Shown: piece after piece, positions 25,815-36,688 of the stretch
Numbering within the stretch: the stretch's first letter is position 1
Layout: the number at the start of each line of letters is the position of its first letter
Source: an uncultured Planctomycetales bacterium
Lineage (GTDB): Bacteria > Omnitrophota > Gorgyraeia > Zapsychrales > JANLHA01
Direction of reading: 5' to 3'
NCBI GenBank assembly: GCA_964595465.1
Contig: CAZQQI010000001.1
Coordinates: 4,952-68,951 of the forward strand
Length of the DNA: 64,000 bases
Position numbers and translations under genes: made by a program
Notes under the pieces: model-generated
Database searches by the model: none
What the model was told of the DNA's origin: nothing
What the model saw: only the letters and a program-made list of their open reading frames with translations

Positions 25815-26897
25815 TTACAATAATTTTCGGCAGACCGCCCGGGCCATTTCCTGTGTGCCGACAGCCGCGCCGCGGTCCTGTTCCGGTTTAAGATCAGCCG
25901 TGACCTGTTCCCCTTCAGCGATCACCGCGCGCACAGCCCGCTCCAGGCGGGACGCCGCCTCTTCTTCTTCCAAATAACGCAGCATCATCACCGCCGAAAG
26001 AATTGTCGCCGTAGGATTCGCGAGATTCTGGCCAGCAATAGCCGGAGCTGAACCGTGCACCGGCTCAAATAACGCGGCCTGATCACCAATATTAGCTCCC
26101 GGCGCCATCCCCAGCCCGCCGACCAGACCAGCGCAAAGATCCGAAACAATGTCCCCGTACAGATTCGACAGAGCCAGAACATCATAATCCTGCGGCCGCT
26201 GTACCAGCTGCATGCACATGTTGTCGACAATGACATCTTCACATTCCACCCGACCGGCATACTCCCGGGCCACCTCACGTCCGATCCTAAGAAACAGCCC
26301 GTCGCTGTACTTCATAATGTTTGCCTTGTGGACCAGTGTCACTTTCTTCCGGCCGTTGCGGACCGCATAATCGAACGCAGCCTTAACGATTCTCCGGCTT
26401 CCGGAAACCGAGATCGGCTTGATCGAGATCGCCGCATCATCACGGATCTGCCGTTCAGACAGCGCGTTCAGCTGAGCGATCAGACGAAGCGTCTTCTCCT
26501 CACCGACGTCAAATTCGATCCCGGCATACAGGTCTTCTGTATTCTCACGAAAAATGACCAGATCAATATCACCGGCAATGCTCCGGACCCCCGGCATGGA
26601 CAGAACCGGACGCACACAGGCATACAGGTCCAGCTGCTGCCTCAAAAAAACATTTACCGATCGAAATCCCTTCCCGACCGGTGTCGCGACCGGCCCTTTG
26701 ATCGCCACACGGTTCCGGCGAATAGATTCCAGCACATGTCCGGGTACAGGCGTGCCGTATTCCGCCAGCAGATTTTCTCCGGCGTCGCATTCTTCCCAAT
26801 CAATATCGGCGCCGGCGGCATCGACACACATTCTCATAGCCGCAGTCACCTCAGGCCCGATCCCATCCCCGGGGACCAGTGTCACGCGGTGTGCCAT
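25815..26897 (-). CDS. icd: Isocitrate/isopropylmalate dehydrogenase family, probably isocitrate dehydrogenase
   Basis: PGDGIGPEV, RSVNV.LR, RENTED, HKANIMK, NLYGDI.SD, EPVHGSAP. Confidence 0.85.
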   Translation of the reverse strand: MAHRVTLVPGDGIGPEVTAAMRMCVDAAGADIDWEECDAGENLLAEYGTPVPGHVLESIRRNRVAIKGPVATPVGKGFRSVNVFLRQQLDLYACVRPVLSMPGVRSIAGDIDLVIFRENTEDLYAGIEFDVGEEKTLRLIAQLNALSERQIRDDAAISIKPISVSGSRRIVKAAFDYAVRNGRKKVTLVHKANIMKYSDGLFLRIGREVAREYAGRVECEDVIVDNMCMQLVQRPQDYDVLALSNLYGDIVSDLCAGLVGGLGMAPGANIGDQAALFEPVHGSAPAIAGQNLANPTATILSAVMMLRYLEEEEAASRLERAVRAVIAEGEQVTADLKPEQDRGAAVGTQEMARAVCRKLL

Positions 26898-26908
26898 CGC
26901 ACCCTCTC

Positions 26909-27964
26909 TTATTCTTTAGCTAATTGTTTGAATTCTTGCAGATTCTTGACGTGGGGCAGGACATCTTCATAAGACACCGTACCGGTCTTGTAGAGATACT
27001 GCAGCGATTTATCCATAGTGTGCATACCGTGAGCGCTGCCGGTCTGAATCGCCGTCGGGATCTGCTCGATCGCCTGCTCGCGGATCAGATTGCGGATCGC
27101 CGGAGTGGCAGTCATGATCTCCGTGCCCAAAATACGCCCTGAGCCGTCAGCCTTCGGCAAAAGGATCTGCGACGCCACACCCTGCAGCGCAGACGCCAGC
27201 TGCAGCTTGACCTGGGACTGCTGATGCGGCGGAAAAACATCAATAATGCGTTCAATCGTCTGAGGAGCATCAGGCGTGTGCAGAGTCGCCAAAACCAAAT
27301 GCCCGGTCTCAGCCGCGGTCAACGCCGTCGATATCGTTTCCAGATCGCGCATCTCCCCCACAACGATCACGTCGGGGTCCTGACGCAGACAGCGCTTCAA
27401 TGCCTCAGCGAAAGAGTTGGTATCACTGAAGACCTCACGCTGTTTAATGATCGCCTTCTTATTGAAATGAACATATTCGATCGGATCTTCGATCATGATG
27501 ATCAGGTTCTTGCGCTCTTCATTGATCAAATTGATCATCGAAGCCAACGTCGTCGTCTTCCCTGTCCCCGTCGGACCGGTCACCAGAACCAAACCGTTGC
27601 GGCGGCGGGCCAGATCAGCCATCACCGGCGGAAGACCCAGTTCCTCCATGTTGGGGATAAACAGCGGGATACGCCGGAAGGCCGCTTCAACAGAGCCGCG
27701 CTGCACATGAATATTCACACGGTAACGGTCCATGCCGGAAAGAGCCAGCGAAAAATCCAGCTCCCGGTCCTGCTCAAACTTTTCCTTCTGCCGGTCGGTC
27801 AAAATCCCGTAAATGATCTTTTTCAGCTGCTCACGGGTCAGCGGCTCATAATCCGTAATAATCAATTCACCGTTGATCCGCAGGACCGGCGGGGTATCAA
27901 ATGTTAAATGGAGGTCCGAGGCATTGCGTTCATTCGCCAGAACCAAGAGATCGCGTAATTCCAT
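26909..27964 (-). CDS. pilT: Type IV pilus retraction ATPase
   Basis: ASDLH, GPTGTGKTTT, EDPIEY, LRQDPD, GEMRD, AETGH, TLHT, AIRNLIRE. Confidence 0.93.
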   Translation of the reverse strand: MELRDLLVLANERNASDLHLTFDTPPVLRINGELIITDYEPLTREQLKKIIYGILTDRQKEKFEQDRELDFSLALSGMDRYRVNIHVQRGSVEAAFRRIPLFIPNMEELGLPPVMADLARRRNGLVLVTGPTGTGKTTTLASMINLINEERKNLIIMIEDPIEYVHFNKKAIIKQREVFSDTNSFAEALKRCLRQDPDVIVVGEMRDLETISTALTAAETGHLVLATLHTPDAPQTIERIIDVFPPHQQSQVKLQLASALQGVASQILLPKADGSGRILGTEIMTATPAIRNLIREQAIEQIPTAIQTGSAHGMHTMDKSLQYLYKTGTVSYEDVLPHVKNLQEFKQLAKE

Positions 27965-28009
27965 AACAGCCCTCTCCTTGTTGAGGATCATAAGGGACAA
28001 TTTTTTTAT

Positions 28010-28038
28010 AGTTTAGCATTTTCAGGCAGGTTTGTCTA
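28010..28038 (-). promoter_or_regulatory. sigma70 promoter for pilT
   Basis: TAGACA-N17-TAAACT with TG extension. Confidence 0.6.
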
Positions 28039-28067
28039 AGAAGATTCCGGTTCAGCCGCCGGCCCGG

Positions 28068-29234
28068 TCAGGCCTTCTGCTGCTGGATCCAGCCGGCGAT
28101 ACGCCGGATCCCTTCGCGGATCCTCTCCTGGGACGTGGCAAAACTTATCCGGACATACCCGGGCGCGCCGAACCCTTCACCGGGAATCATGGCCACGTTC
28201 ACATCGTTCAGAATAGCCTGAGCGGTCTTGAACGAATCGCCCAATTTCGAGACATCACAGAAGAGATAGAAAGCACCCTGCGGACGAATATACGAAAGAT
28301 CATCGACCTCGTCGATCAGGCTCATCAGAAGATCACGGCGGGCGTTAAACTCCGCAGCCATGGCCTGAAGATCATCCGCCGGAGACCGCAAAGCAGCGAG
28401 CGCCGCAGCCTGACTGATCGAACAGGGGTTGGACGTAGAATGGTCCTGCAGACGCTTGACATACGTCATAACCTCTTTCGGACCGGCCATGTATCCGATC
28501 CGCCAGCCGGTCATCGCATAGGCCTTGGACACACCGTTGACCGTGATCGTCCGGTCATAAGCCTCTTGACCGAGAGACGCGAACGAGACGAATTCCAGCC
28601 CATCATAAATCAGCTTTTCATAGATCTCGTCGCTGATCACAAAAATATCATGCTTAACACAAACCTCGGCGATCGCGGCCAGTTCGTCGCGGGTGTAGAC
28701 CATTCCGGTCGGGTTGGACGGAGAATTGAGGATCAGGACCTTAGTGCGGTCCGTGACAGCCTCCTCAAGCTGTTGGGGGGTAATTTTAAAATGGGACGAC
28801 GCGCCGGTCGGGATCACCTTGGGTACAGCTCCGGAAAACTTGACCATTTCAGGATAACTGACCCAGTACGGAGAAGGAATGATCACCTCATCACCTTCAT
28901 CCGCCAAAACCTGAACCGCAGCAAAGACCGAATGCTTGGCCCCGCAATTCACCGCGATCTGGTCGGGCGCATAAGACAGCCCGTTATCATCCTGAAATTT
29001 CCGGGAGATCTCTTTGCGGATCTCCAGAGTCCCGATACTGGGAGTATACTTGGTCTGGCCGTTCTGAATAGCCTGGACCGCAGCTTGTTTGATCGCCTCC
29101 GGAGTATCAAAATCCGGCTCTCCTCCGGCAAAATTCACGACATCGCGCCCTTCGGCCTTGAGTTCCTTTGCTCTGGCCGTGATCGCCAGAGTTGATGACG
29201 GGAGTATTTCCTGAATGCGGCGGTTAAGCTTCAT
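28068..29234 (-). CDS. aspC: Aspartate aminotransferase (class I PLP)
   Basis: GEPDF.TP, NSPSNPTG, SDEIY, SKAYAMTGWRIGY. Confidence 0.9.
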   Translation of the reverse strand: MKLNRRIQEILPSSTLAITARAKELKAEGRDVVNFAGGEPDFDTPEAIKQAAVQAIQNGQTKYTPSIGTLEIRKEISRKFQDDNGLSYAPDQIAVNCGAKHSVFAAVQVLADEGDEVIIPSPYWVSYPEMVKFSGAVPKVIPTGASSHFKITPQQLEEAVTDRTKVLILNSPSNPTGMVYTRDELAAIAEVCVKHDIFVISDEIYEKLIYDGLEFVSFASLGQEAYDRTITVNGVSKAYAMTGWRIGYMAGPKEVMTYVKRLQDHSTSNPCSISQAAALAALRSPADDLQAMAAEFNARRDLLMSLIDEVDDLSYIRPQGAFYLFCDVSKLGDSFKTAQAILNDVNVAMIPGEGFGAPGYVRISFATSQERIREGIRRIAGWIQQQKA

Positions 29235-29243
29235 AACGGCCCC

Positions 29244-29795
29244 TTATTTCTTATTGTCCCCTTTTTTCTTACGAAAAATCCCTTTCAGGCCTTTTCCTTT
29301 AGAATCCTTTTTCTGCTCTGCTTTTTCCTCAACGGCCCCTTCAGCAGGCTTCTCTTCCTGCGAGACGTCTTTGGGGGCAGCCTTTTTGGCCGTTTTCGAA
29401 GCCGCTTTCTTCTTAGACTTTTCCGGGGTCAGGGTATCTTTTTCCGTCAGTTCCAGCAAAACCAATTCAGCATTATCTCCCCGGCGGGGAGTTGCCAGTT
29501 TCAGAACACGGGTATATCCCCCCGGACGGGATTGAAACCGCGGCGCGATAGAATGAAACAATGTGCTGACCAGCTTATGATCGCAGAGAATCGCGTAAGC
29601 ACGGCGCTTATGCACCAAGCTTCCCTTTTTCCCCAGCGTGATCAACCGGTCCACCATCTTACGGGCCTCTTTAGCCTTAGCGGACGTCGTGCGGATCCGC
29701 TGATGGATCAAAACAGACTTGGCAATATCACGCACCGTGGCTTTACGCCAGCTGGGCCTGCGGTTCAACCGGTTTCCTGCAATAGCATGTCTCAT
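29244..29795 (-). CDS. rplQ: 50S ribosomal protein L17 with C-terminal extension
   Basis: MRH, I.TT.AKAKE, RPGGYTR, RRGD. Confidence 0.96.
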   Translation of the reverse strand: MRHAIAGNRLNRRPSWRKATVRDIAKSVLIHQRIRTTSAKAKEARKMVDRLITLGKKGSLVHKRRAYAILCDHKLVSTLFHSIAPRFQSRPGGYTRVLKLATPRRGDNAELVLLELTEKDTLTPEKSKKKAASKTAKKAAPKDVSQEEKPAEGAVEEKAEQKKDSKGKGLKGIFRKKKGDNKK

Positions 29796-29834
29796 AATGG
29801 CACACCTTTAATCTATAATAAATTGATAAAAACC

Positions 29835-30827
29835 TTATTCCGTCCGTTTCAGTTTCTTGGGATCGATCTTCATGCCCAGAGAAAGATTCAGACTTTTCAG
29901 CAGATCCTCGATCTCGGTCAGTGATTTCTTCCCAAAATTACGAAAATTCAGCAGTTCCGACTCCTGGTATTTCACCAGATCAGCGATCGTCTTGATGTTC
30001 GCCTCTTTCAGACAGTTAGCACTGCGCACCGATAGCTCAAGTTCCGAAATCGGCAGACGAAGCTTTTCATACATGGCCTCTTCCTCGGCGGAGATCTCTT
30101 CTTCCTCCTCCTCTTCCTCAGGAAGCTGTCCGTAAGAAACAAACACGTCCAGGTGACGCTGCATAATATTCGCGCCGTAAAGCAGAGCTTCTTTCGGCTC
30201 GATCGCCCCGTTCGTCCAGATCTCCAGGACCAGCCGGTCATAGTCGGTCTTCTGTCCCACACGGGTATCTTCCACAAAATAATTGACCTTCATGATCGGT
30301 GTCAGGATCGAATCGATCGCGATCGTGCCCACCGGACTGTCGCCCTTCTTGTTCAGTTCAGCCGGAACATATCCCCGTCCGCGCGACACTTCCATTTCGA
30401 CATTAAAAGGAACATCCTGGGTCAATGTAGCGATATGATGATCGGGATTAATGATCTCGATCGTTTCATCGCAGATAATATCGCGCGCCGTTACATCGCC
30501 CTTGCTGTCCACTTTAATATAGACCGTCTTGGCGACCTTGGAATACGAACGCAGCACCAGACCTTTCAGGTTAAGAATGATATCGGTCATCGGCTCCAGC
30601 ACACCCTCCAGCGTGGAGAACTCATGCTGAACACCATCCACACGCACCGACGTCACAGCAGCGCCTTCGATCGAGGACAAAAGGATCCGGCGCAGAGAAT
30701 TCCCCAGCGTTACCCCGTATCCCCGTTCAAACGGCTCCGCGAGAAATTTCCCGTAATAATTCGTATATGTGGATTCATCGCATTCCAGCCGTTTGGGCAT
30801 TTGAAAATCGCGCCACTTAATCCCCAT
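29835..30827 (-). CDS. rpoA: RNA polymerase alpha subunit
   Basis: EPFERGYG.TLGN.LRR, LSVRSANCL, NFGKKS. Confidence 0.98.
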   Translation of the reverse strand: MGIKWRDFQMPKRLECDESTYTNYYGKFLAEPFERGYGVTLGNSLRRILLSSIEGAAVTSVRVDGVQHEFSTLEGVLEPMTDIILNLKGLVLRSYSKVAKTVYIKVDSKGDVTARDIICDETIEIINPDHHIATLTQDVPFNVEMEVSRGRGYVPAELNKKGDSPVGTIAIDSILTPIMKVNYFVEDTRVGQKTDYDRLVLEIWTNGAIEPKEALLYGANIMQRHLDVFVSYGQLPEEEEEEEEISAEEEAMYEKLRLPISELELSVRSANCLKEANIKTIADLVKYQESELLNFRNFGKKSLTEIEDLLKSLNLSLGMKIDPKKLKRTE

Positions 30828-30866
30828 GATTTCCTCCTGATTGTATTTAAATAGGCAAAGAAATGA

Positions 30867-31484
30867 TTATTTCGAATACAACTCGATGATAAGCTGTTCA
30901 TTGATCGGGAACGTGATATCTTCACGTTCCGGCAGACGGTCGACCTTGCCTTTGAGGTTCTCTTCGTCGACAGTTACCCAGGCCGGATTCTCGCGGCCCT
31001 GATACTGAGCGTTCTGCTCAATATTGGTTTTGATATACTTACGGACATGATCTTTGTCTTTCAGTGTGATCTCGTCCCCCTCTTTGACAGAATAGGACGG
31101 AATATCCACCCGGCGGCCGTTCACACAGATCAAACCGTGGTTGACGATCTGACGCGCCTGCGGACGTGTGGTGGCAAAACCCAGACGGTAGATCACATTA
31201 TCCAAACGCTGTTCCAGGATCTGCAGCAGCCTGCTGCCGGTGATCCCCTTCGAGCTGGTCGCCTGCTGATAATAACGGCGGAACTGGCGTTCCAAAACAC
31301 CGTACAGCCGTTTGACTTTCTGCTTTTCTCGGAGCTGGATGCCGAAGTTCGACATCTTTGTCCGGCGGTTGCCGTGCTGCCCCGGAGCGTAGTCTCTGCG
31401 TTCCAGCGCGTTTCTCTTAGAAGAGAAAAGTTCAACGCCTTCCCGGCGGGACAAACGCCATTTTGGTCCTGTATATCGTGCCAT
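30867..31484 (-). CDS. rpsD: 30S ribosomal protein S4
   Basis: MARYTGP, QLREKQK, LE.RLDN. Confidence 0.97.
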   Translation of the reverse strand: MARYTGPKWRLSRREGVELFSSKRNALERRDYAPGQHGNRRTKMSNFGIQLREKQKVKRLYGVLERQFRRYYQQATSSKGITGSRLLQILEQRLDNVIYRLGFATTRPQARQIVNHGLICVNGRRVDIPSYSVKEGDEITLKDKDHVRKYIKTNIEQNAQYQGRENPAWVTVDEENLKGKVDRLPEREDITFPINEQLIIELYSK

Positions 31485-31514
31485 GAAAATCCTTCCTCCT
31501 GCAGCGAATAAAAA

Positions 31515-31934
31515 TTAAACTCTCCGTTTTTTCCGCGGACGGCAGCCGTTATGCGGAACCGGCGTAACATCACGGATCGACATCACATTCAGCCCGCCCG
31601 CCTGAATAGCGCGGATAGCCGATTCACGGCCTGACCCCGGGCCTCTGACATAAACATCGACCGTCTGCAGGCCGTAATCCTTAGCCTGCCGGGCTGCTGT
31701 ACTGGCAGCCACCTGAGCGGCAAACGGCGTCGATTTCCGTGAGCCGTTAAACCCCACCGCTCCGGGACTCGACCAGACGATCACATTACCCTGTTTATCG
31801 CAGATCGAGATCAATGTGTTATTGAACGTGGCCTTGATATGCACATCCCCTGAAGTGATCCCCTTCAGCGATTTCTTCTTGGCCTTTCTCTCTCTACCCG
31901 CAGAAACACGTTTTTTCGGTTTGACTTTAGCCAT
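31515..31934 (-). CDS. rpsK: 30S ribosomal protein S11
   Basis: [20 protein letters not shown]. Confidence 0.97.
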   Translation of the reverse strand: MAKVKPKKRVSAGRERKAKKKSLKGITSGDVHIKATFNNTLISICDKQGNVIVWSSPGAVGFNGSRKSTPFAAQVAASTAARQAKDYGLQTVDVYVRGPGSGRESAIRAIQAGGLNVMSIRDVTPVPHNGCRPRKKRRV

Positions 31935-31945
31935 ATAGGAATCCC

Positions 31946-32326
31946 TTATTTACCCTTTTTCTTAATCAGTTTGCTCGATACAGATTTACGCCCTTTGCGC
32001 GTGCGGGAATTGGTCTTGGTCCGTTGTCCCCGGGCAGGCAGTCCCCGGCGGTGACGCAGACCGCGATAATTCCCGATATCCATCATGCGCTTGATATTCT
32101 GGGACACCTCACGGCGCAGATCCCCTTCGACAATATAATTATTCTGTATGACAGCCGTTATCCGCGCGATCTCTTCATCAGAAAGATCTTTCGCCCTCTT
32201 ACCAGGCTCAATATTGGCCTCGGTCAAGATCTTCTGGGCGTTGACCCGCCCCACGCCGTAGAGATACGGCAGAGCGGCATCAATCCGTTTTTCGCGTGGA
32301 ATATCGACACCTAAAATCCTTGGCAT
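31946..32326 (-). CDS. rpsM: 30S ribosomal protein S13
   Basis: YRG.RH...LP.RGQRT. Confidence 0.97.
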   Translation of the reverse strand: MPRILGVDIPREKRIDAALPYLYGVGRVNAQKILTEANIEPGKRAKDLSDEEIARITAVIQNNYIVEGDLRREVSQNIKRMMDIGNYRGLRHRRGLPARGQRTKTNSRTRKGRKSVSSKLIKKKGK

Positions 32327-32361
32327 GAGTTCAACCTCTTGTTAAACAATTAATAAAATCA

Positions 32362-32475
32362 TTATCCCTGTCGCTGTTTATGCTTGGGATTCTCACAGAT
32401 CACGCGCACCACATTCTTACGGCGCACGATCTTGCATTTGTTGCAGACACGTTTTACAGATGATTTGACTTTCAT
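32362..32475 (-). CDS. rpmJ: 50S ribosomal protein L36 (Zn type; absent from the ORF track)
   Basis: Translated by hand: [37 protein letters not shown]. Confidence 0.96.
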   Translation of the reverse strand: MKVKSSVKRVCNKCKIVRRKNVVRVICENPKHKQRQG

Positions 32476-32693
32476 TTTTTATCCCTATACGTTATCCGCC
32501 CTTTTGTCAGATCATAGGGCGACAATTGCACTTTCACACGGTCACCGGGAAGAATGCGGATAAAATATTTACGCATCTTACCGGAAATATGGGCCATGAC
32601 CTCGTGACCGTTATCCAGGCGCACCTTAAAGCGCGCGCTGGGCAGCGATTCGATGACCTCTCCTTCAACATCAATCAGATCTTCTTTGACCAT
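32472..32693 (-). CDS. infA: Translation initiation factor IF-1
   Basis: [17 protein letters not shown]. Confidence 0.97.
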   Translation of the reverse strand: MVKEDLIDVEGEVIESLPSARFKVRLDNGHEVMAHISGKMRKYFIRILPGDRVKVQLSPYDLTKGRITYRDKK

Positions 32694-32694
32694 A

Positions 32695-33447
32695 TCACTC
32701 CGTTAAAATATCAGGTCCGTTCTCTGTTACCGCGACCATATGTTCAAAATGAGCTGACGGTTTCTTATCAGCCGTCTCCACTGTCCAGCCATCAGACAGG
32801 ATCTCGGTCCGGTCCGTCCCCAGATTAACCATGGGCTCAATGCAGAATACCATTCCCTCCTGCAGAACTGCGCCCTGTCCCCGCGGACCATAATTAGGGA
32901 TCTCGGGTTCTTCGTGAAGCATGCGCCCGATCCCGTGTCCGACAAAATCACGTACCACGCTCATCCCGTTGGCCTCGGCATACTGCTGAACAGCGTGAGA
33001 AATATCCGAAACATGCTGTCCCGGACGAGCCTGTGCAATCCCCTCGTACAATGCCGTGCGGGTCACATCCATCAACCTGCGCCGGTCGTCTGTGATCTCT
33101 CCCACAGCAACCGTTACTGCCATATCCGCGTAAAATCCCTTGTGGATCAGGCCGACATCAATACTGACGATATCCCCCGTCTTAAGCCGTGTCTCGCCGG
33201 GAATCCCGTGAACAACTTCATGATTCAAAGACACACACGCCGCGGCCGGAAAACCCCGGTATCCTTTAAAGGCCGGGCGGCAGTGCTGTTCTTCAATCAA
33301 CTGCTCTGTCAAAAGATCGATTGCTGCCGTCGTCTGATCGGGGCGGACCAGCGCGGCAACCCGCTTAACCACCCGGGACAAAATTCCGGCACCCTCTCTC
33401 ATAATCTTGAGGTCATCCGGAGCTTTGATCGGGATCTTACTAGGCAT
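32695..33447 (-). CDS. map: Methionine aminopeptidase type I
   Basis: VVHGIP, GHGIG..HE, IEPM, SAHFEH. Confidence 0.96.
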   Translation of the reverse strand: MPSKIPIKAPDDLKIMREGAGILSRVVKRVAALVRPDQTTAAIDLLTEQLIEEQHCRPAFKGYRGFPAAACVSLNHEVVHGIPGETRLKTGDIVSIDVGLIHKGFYADMAVTVAVGEITDDRRRLMDVTRTALYEGIAQARPGQHVSDISHAVQQYAEANGMSVVRDFVGHGIGRMLHEEPEIPNYGPRGQGAVLQEGMVFCIEPMVNLGTDRTEILSDGWTVETADKKPSAHFEHMVAVTENGPDILTE

Positions 33448-34090
33448 CGGCTTTCAGCTTTTCTTGGAGATCCGCTGCGACCGCCCCGGCATCCTGTTCG
33501 GCGTTTACCCGGATCAGCTTGCCCTGTTCCTCATAAAAGGCGATCACCGGCTCCGTACTGCTCATATATACATCCATGCGTTTGCGGATCGTCTCTTCAT
33601 TATCATCCGGACGCTGGTACAATTCTCCGCCGCAGACATCACAGACACCCTCTTTTTCCGGCGGCATATTTTCTACGTGATAAACCGCACCGCATTGGCG
33701 GCAGATCCTGCGTCCGGTCAGCCGCTGAATGATCACCGGCAGGCCGATCTCCATAAACACCGCAGAGTCCAGCGGGGCGTTCAGATCATTTAAAATACGG
33801 TCCAGATCAGCAGCCTGCTTTCCCGTACGGGGATATCCATCAAACAGGACACCATCTTCGAGTTTGATCGTTTTCAGTTTTTCAGCGATCATGCGGGTCA
33901 CAACCTCATCCGGAACCAGCTCTCCGCTTTCCACATATTGTTTCATCTCCTGTCCGATAGGCGTTTCATTCTTCATTTCAGCACGCAGCAGATCACCGGT
34001 CGATAAATGGTTCACACCAAATTCTTTTTTGATCAACGCCGCCAGCGTTCCCTTACCCGCGCCGGGCGGTCCTAATAAAACCAGTCTCAT
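33440..34090 (-). CDS. adk: Adenylate kinase (Zn lid)
   Basis: GPPGAGKGT, DGYPR, CxxC..CxxC lid, QR.DD. Confidence 0.97.
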   Translation of the reverse strand: MRLVLLGPPGAGKGTLAALIKKEFGVNHLSTGDLLRAEMKNETPIGQEMKQYVESGELVPDEVVTRMIAEKLKTIKLEDGVLFDGYPRTGKQAADLDRILNDLNAPLDSAVFMEIGLPVIIQRLTGRRICRQCGAVYHVENMPPEKEGVCDVCGGELYQRPDDNEETIRKRMDVYMSSTEPVIAFYEEQGKLIRVNAEQDAGAVAADLQEKLKADA

Positions 34091-35430
34091 CGCCGTCCTC
34101 TCAGTTGTCCGGATTTCATAAATCCCTCATAATGCCGCATAACCAAATGCGACTCAATCTGCTTCATGGTGTCGAGCATCACTCCAACTGTGATCAGCAC
34201 ACCCGTCCCGCCGAAAAACGAAGCGACCAGATACGGCACATTAAATGACGCCATGATCGCATCCGGCATAACCGCGATCACACAGATAAAGACCGCGCCG
34301 GCCAGCGTGATACGGGTTAAAACAAAATCCAAATATTCCGCGGTCTGACTTCCCGGCCGGACACCCGGGATAAATCCGCCATGCTTCTTCATATTATTTG
34401 CGACCTCGACCGGATTAAAAACGATCGCAGTATAAAAATAGCAGAAGAAAATGATCAGCAGCGAATAAATCGAATAATAAATCCACGAGCCCCGGCTGAT
34501 ATGCGCCGCAAAGGTCTGAAATCCCTGTGAGGGAATAAAACTGGCCAGCGTAGCCGGAAACAGCAGAATCGACTGTGCGAAAATGATCGCGATAACCCCG
34601 GACGTGTCCACCTTCAGAGGAATATATGTGCTTTGCCCTCCGTAGACCTTGCGCCCCACAACCCGCCGCGCGTATTGCACAGGGATCTTGCGTTGCGCCT
34701 GAGTGATCAAGGTAATGGCAATAATAACGCCGATCAAAAAACAGATCATGATCACCAGGGTCAAAGGCTGCAGCTGCGCCGCGCCGACCGTCTGGGCCGA
34801 CATCAGGCGGACCAGCATCTGAGCCGCTGCCGGAGCAGAGGATAAAATCCCTGCGGTAATGATCAGGGATATCCCATTACCGATGCCGCGTTCCTGAATC
34901 TGCTCGCCAAGCCACATCAAAAGAACGGTCCCCGAAGACAATGTCAAAACCGTGGTCAGACGAAATCCCCAGCCAGGCGAATTAACTACCGACATTCCGT
35001 CAACACCCTGCTGTTCAAGCCAGAGCGCAATAAAAAACGACTGGACCAGCGCCAACGCCAGCGTCCCGTAGCGCGTATACTGATTGATCTTATGATATCC
35101 AGCCTGCCCCTCTTTCGAAAGCTTTTCCAAAGCGGGGATCACCGCCGTCAGCAGCTGCATGATAATCGAACTGGAGATATACGGCATAATCCCGAGAGCG
35201 AAGACGGTCATCTTCTGGATCGCCCCTCCGGAAAACATATTCATCATGCCAAAGATCGTACCCCCGGCCGCAGAATTCATCTTGCTGAAATACTGCGTCA
35301 GGATCGCCCCGTTCACGCCCGGCGTCGGGATAAAACATCCCACCCGGTAAACCGCAATGATCCCTAATGTGAAGAGGATCTTGCGTTTGAGTTCGGGGAT
35401 CTTAAAAGAATTCGCGAATGCCGAAAGCAT
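34087..35430 (-). CDS. secY: Preprotein translocase SecY
   Basis: LGIMPYI, GIGNGIS, IPG.RPG, GGT. Confidence 0.98.
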   Translation of the reverse strand: MLSAFANSFKIPELKRKILFTLGIIAVYRVGCFIPTPGVNGAILTQYFSKMNSAAGGTIFGMMNMFSGGAIQKMTVFALGIMPYISSSIIMQLLTAVIPALEKLSKEGQAGYHKINQYTRYGTLALALVQSFFIALWLEQQGVDGMSVVNSPGWGFRLTTVLTLSSGTVLLMWLGEQIQERGIGNGISLIITAGILSSAPAAAQMLVRLMSAQTVGAAQLQPLTLVIMICFLIGVIIAITLITQAQRKIPVQYARRVVGRKVYGGQSTYIPLKVDTSGVIAIIFAQSILLFPATLASFIPSQGFQTFAAHISRGSWIYYSIYSLLIIFFCYFYTAIVFNPVEVANNMKKHGGFIPGVRPGSQTAEYLDFVLTRITLAGAVFICVIAVMPDAIMASFNVPYLVASFFGGTGVLITVGVMLDTMKQIESHLVMRHYEGFMKSGQLRGRR

Positions 35431-35438
35431 AATAGGAT

Positions 35439-35927
35439 TTACTTTTCCTGTGCTGCGCGGGCCTTAAGCTCCTGCAGGGCCTTTTTATCAAATAACTCAA
35501 CCTTGCCGCCGGCCTTCGTGATCTTCTCTTCGGCGGTCTTGGAAAACTGCGTGGCCTTAACCGTCAGCGGCTTGCTGATCTCACCATTCCCCAGGATCTT
35601 GAACGGCTTGAACGCGTTGCGGATCATACCCGCTTCTTTTAAGACCGCACCGTCGACAACCGCGCCGTTTTCAAAACGGTCAAGAGCTCCGACCTGAACA
35701 ACCTGATACAGGATCGGACGGTGACTGCGGAACCCAACCTTGGGAAGACGCCGGATCAGCGCCATCTGTCCGCCTTCAGAACCGCGCATAATACCCCGTC
35801 CGGCACGGGCATTCTGTCCCTTGTGCCCGCGGCCTGATGTCTTACCGCTTCCGCTCCCGCGGCCGCGTCCGACTTGATGCTTCTTTTTGCGTGCCCCTCT
35901 GGAGGGCTTTAATTCATGCACCTGCAT
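35439..35927 (-). CDS. rplO: 50S ribosomal protein L15
   Basis: GRG.GSG.GKT.GRG.KGQ, EGGQ. Confidence 0.97.
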   Translation of the reverse strand: MQVHELKPSRGARKKKHQVGRGRGSGSGKTSGRGHKGQNARAGRGIMRGSEGGQMALIRRLPKVGFRSHRPILYQVVQVGALDRFENGAVVDGAVLKEAGMIRNAFKPFKILGNGEISKPLTVKATQFSKTAEEKITKAGGKVELFDKKALQELKARAAQEK

Positions 35928-35931
35928 AATA

Positions 35932-36666
35932 TTAACTCACTTCGGTTTTTTGCGGACTCTTGAGCCGCGTGAGCCCGTTCAGGGTCGCTTTCACAACATT
36001 AATCGGATTGTTCGAACGGTGACATTTCGTCAGGATATTATGAATCCCGGCTCCGTCGCAGATCGCGCGGACCGGCCCCGAGGCAATAACCCCGGTTCCT
36101 TCGGCTGCCGGCTTCAGCAGGACCTCTGCACCGCCCCATTCGCCCACGATCTGATGAGGAATCGTCGTGCCTTTCATGGTCACCTTCACCATTTGCTTCT
36201 TGGCAGCGGCCATCGATTTACGGATCGCCGTAGCAACCTCGCCGGCCTTCTGATGCCCGTAGCCGACATTGCCCTTGGTATCACCCACCACGACCAAAGC
36301 GCTGAAGGAAAGTTTTTTCCCTCCCTTAGTCACCTTGGAGACACGTTTGATCGATAAAACCTTCTCAATGAAATCCGGATCAACAGGCGGCTTCTTGCGG
36401 GAATCCGGCCCTTTTCTGCGCGGTCCCCCTCTGCGGGAACGTTGCTGAGCTGACGAAGACCGGTCATTTCTGCCTGCCTGCGGCTTAGCGCTGGGACTTT
36501 CAGAAGACGCCTTTTCGGGATCTTTCTTCTCCGCCTGAGCCGGGGCTTTTTTTGCTGCCTTCTCTTCAGCAGGCTTAGCGTCCGCAGGGGATTCATTTTT
36601 CGGCTGATCCGCCTGCTTTTCTACCGGCTTCTGTTCCTGTTCGGTTTTCTTGTTTTCCTCATCCAT
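35932..36666 (-). CDS. rpsE: 30S ribosomal protein S5 with long N-terminal extension
   Basis: RV.KV.KGG, LLKPA..GTGV; ATG at 36666 after GGAG. Confidence 0.96.
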   Translation of the reverse strand: MDEENKKTEQEQKPVEKQADQPKNESPADAKPAEEKAAKKAPAQAEKKDPEKASSESPSAKPQAGRNDRSSSAQQRSRRGGPRRKGPDSRKKPPVDPDFIEKVLSIKRVSKVTKGGKKLSFSALVVVGDTKGNVGYGHQKAGEVATAIRKSMAAAKKQMVKVTMKGTTIPHQIVGEWGGAEVLLKPAAEGTGVIASGPVRAICDGAGIHNILTKCHRSNNPINVVKATLNGLTRLKSPQKTEVS

Positions 36667-36688
36667 AACATTCTCTCCAAAATGACTA

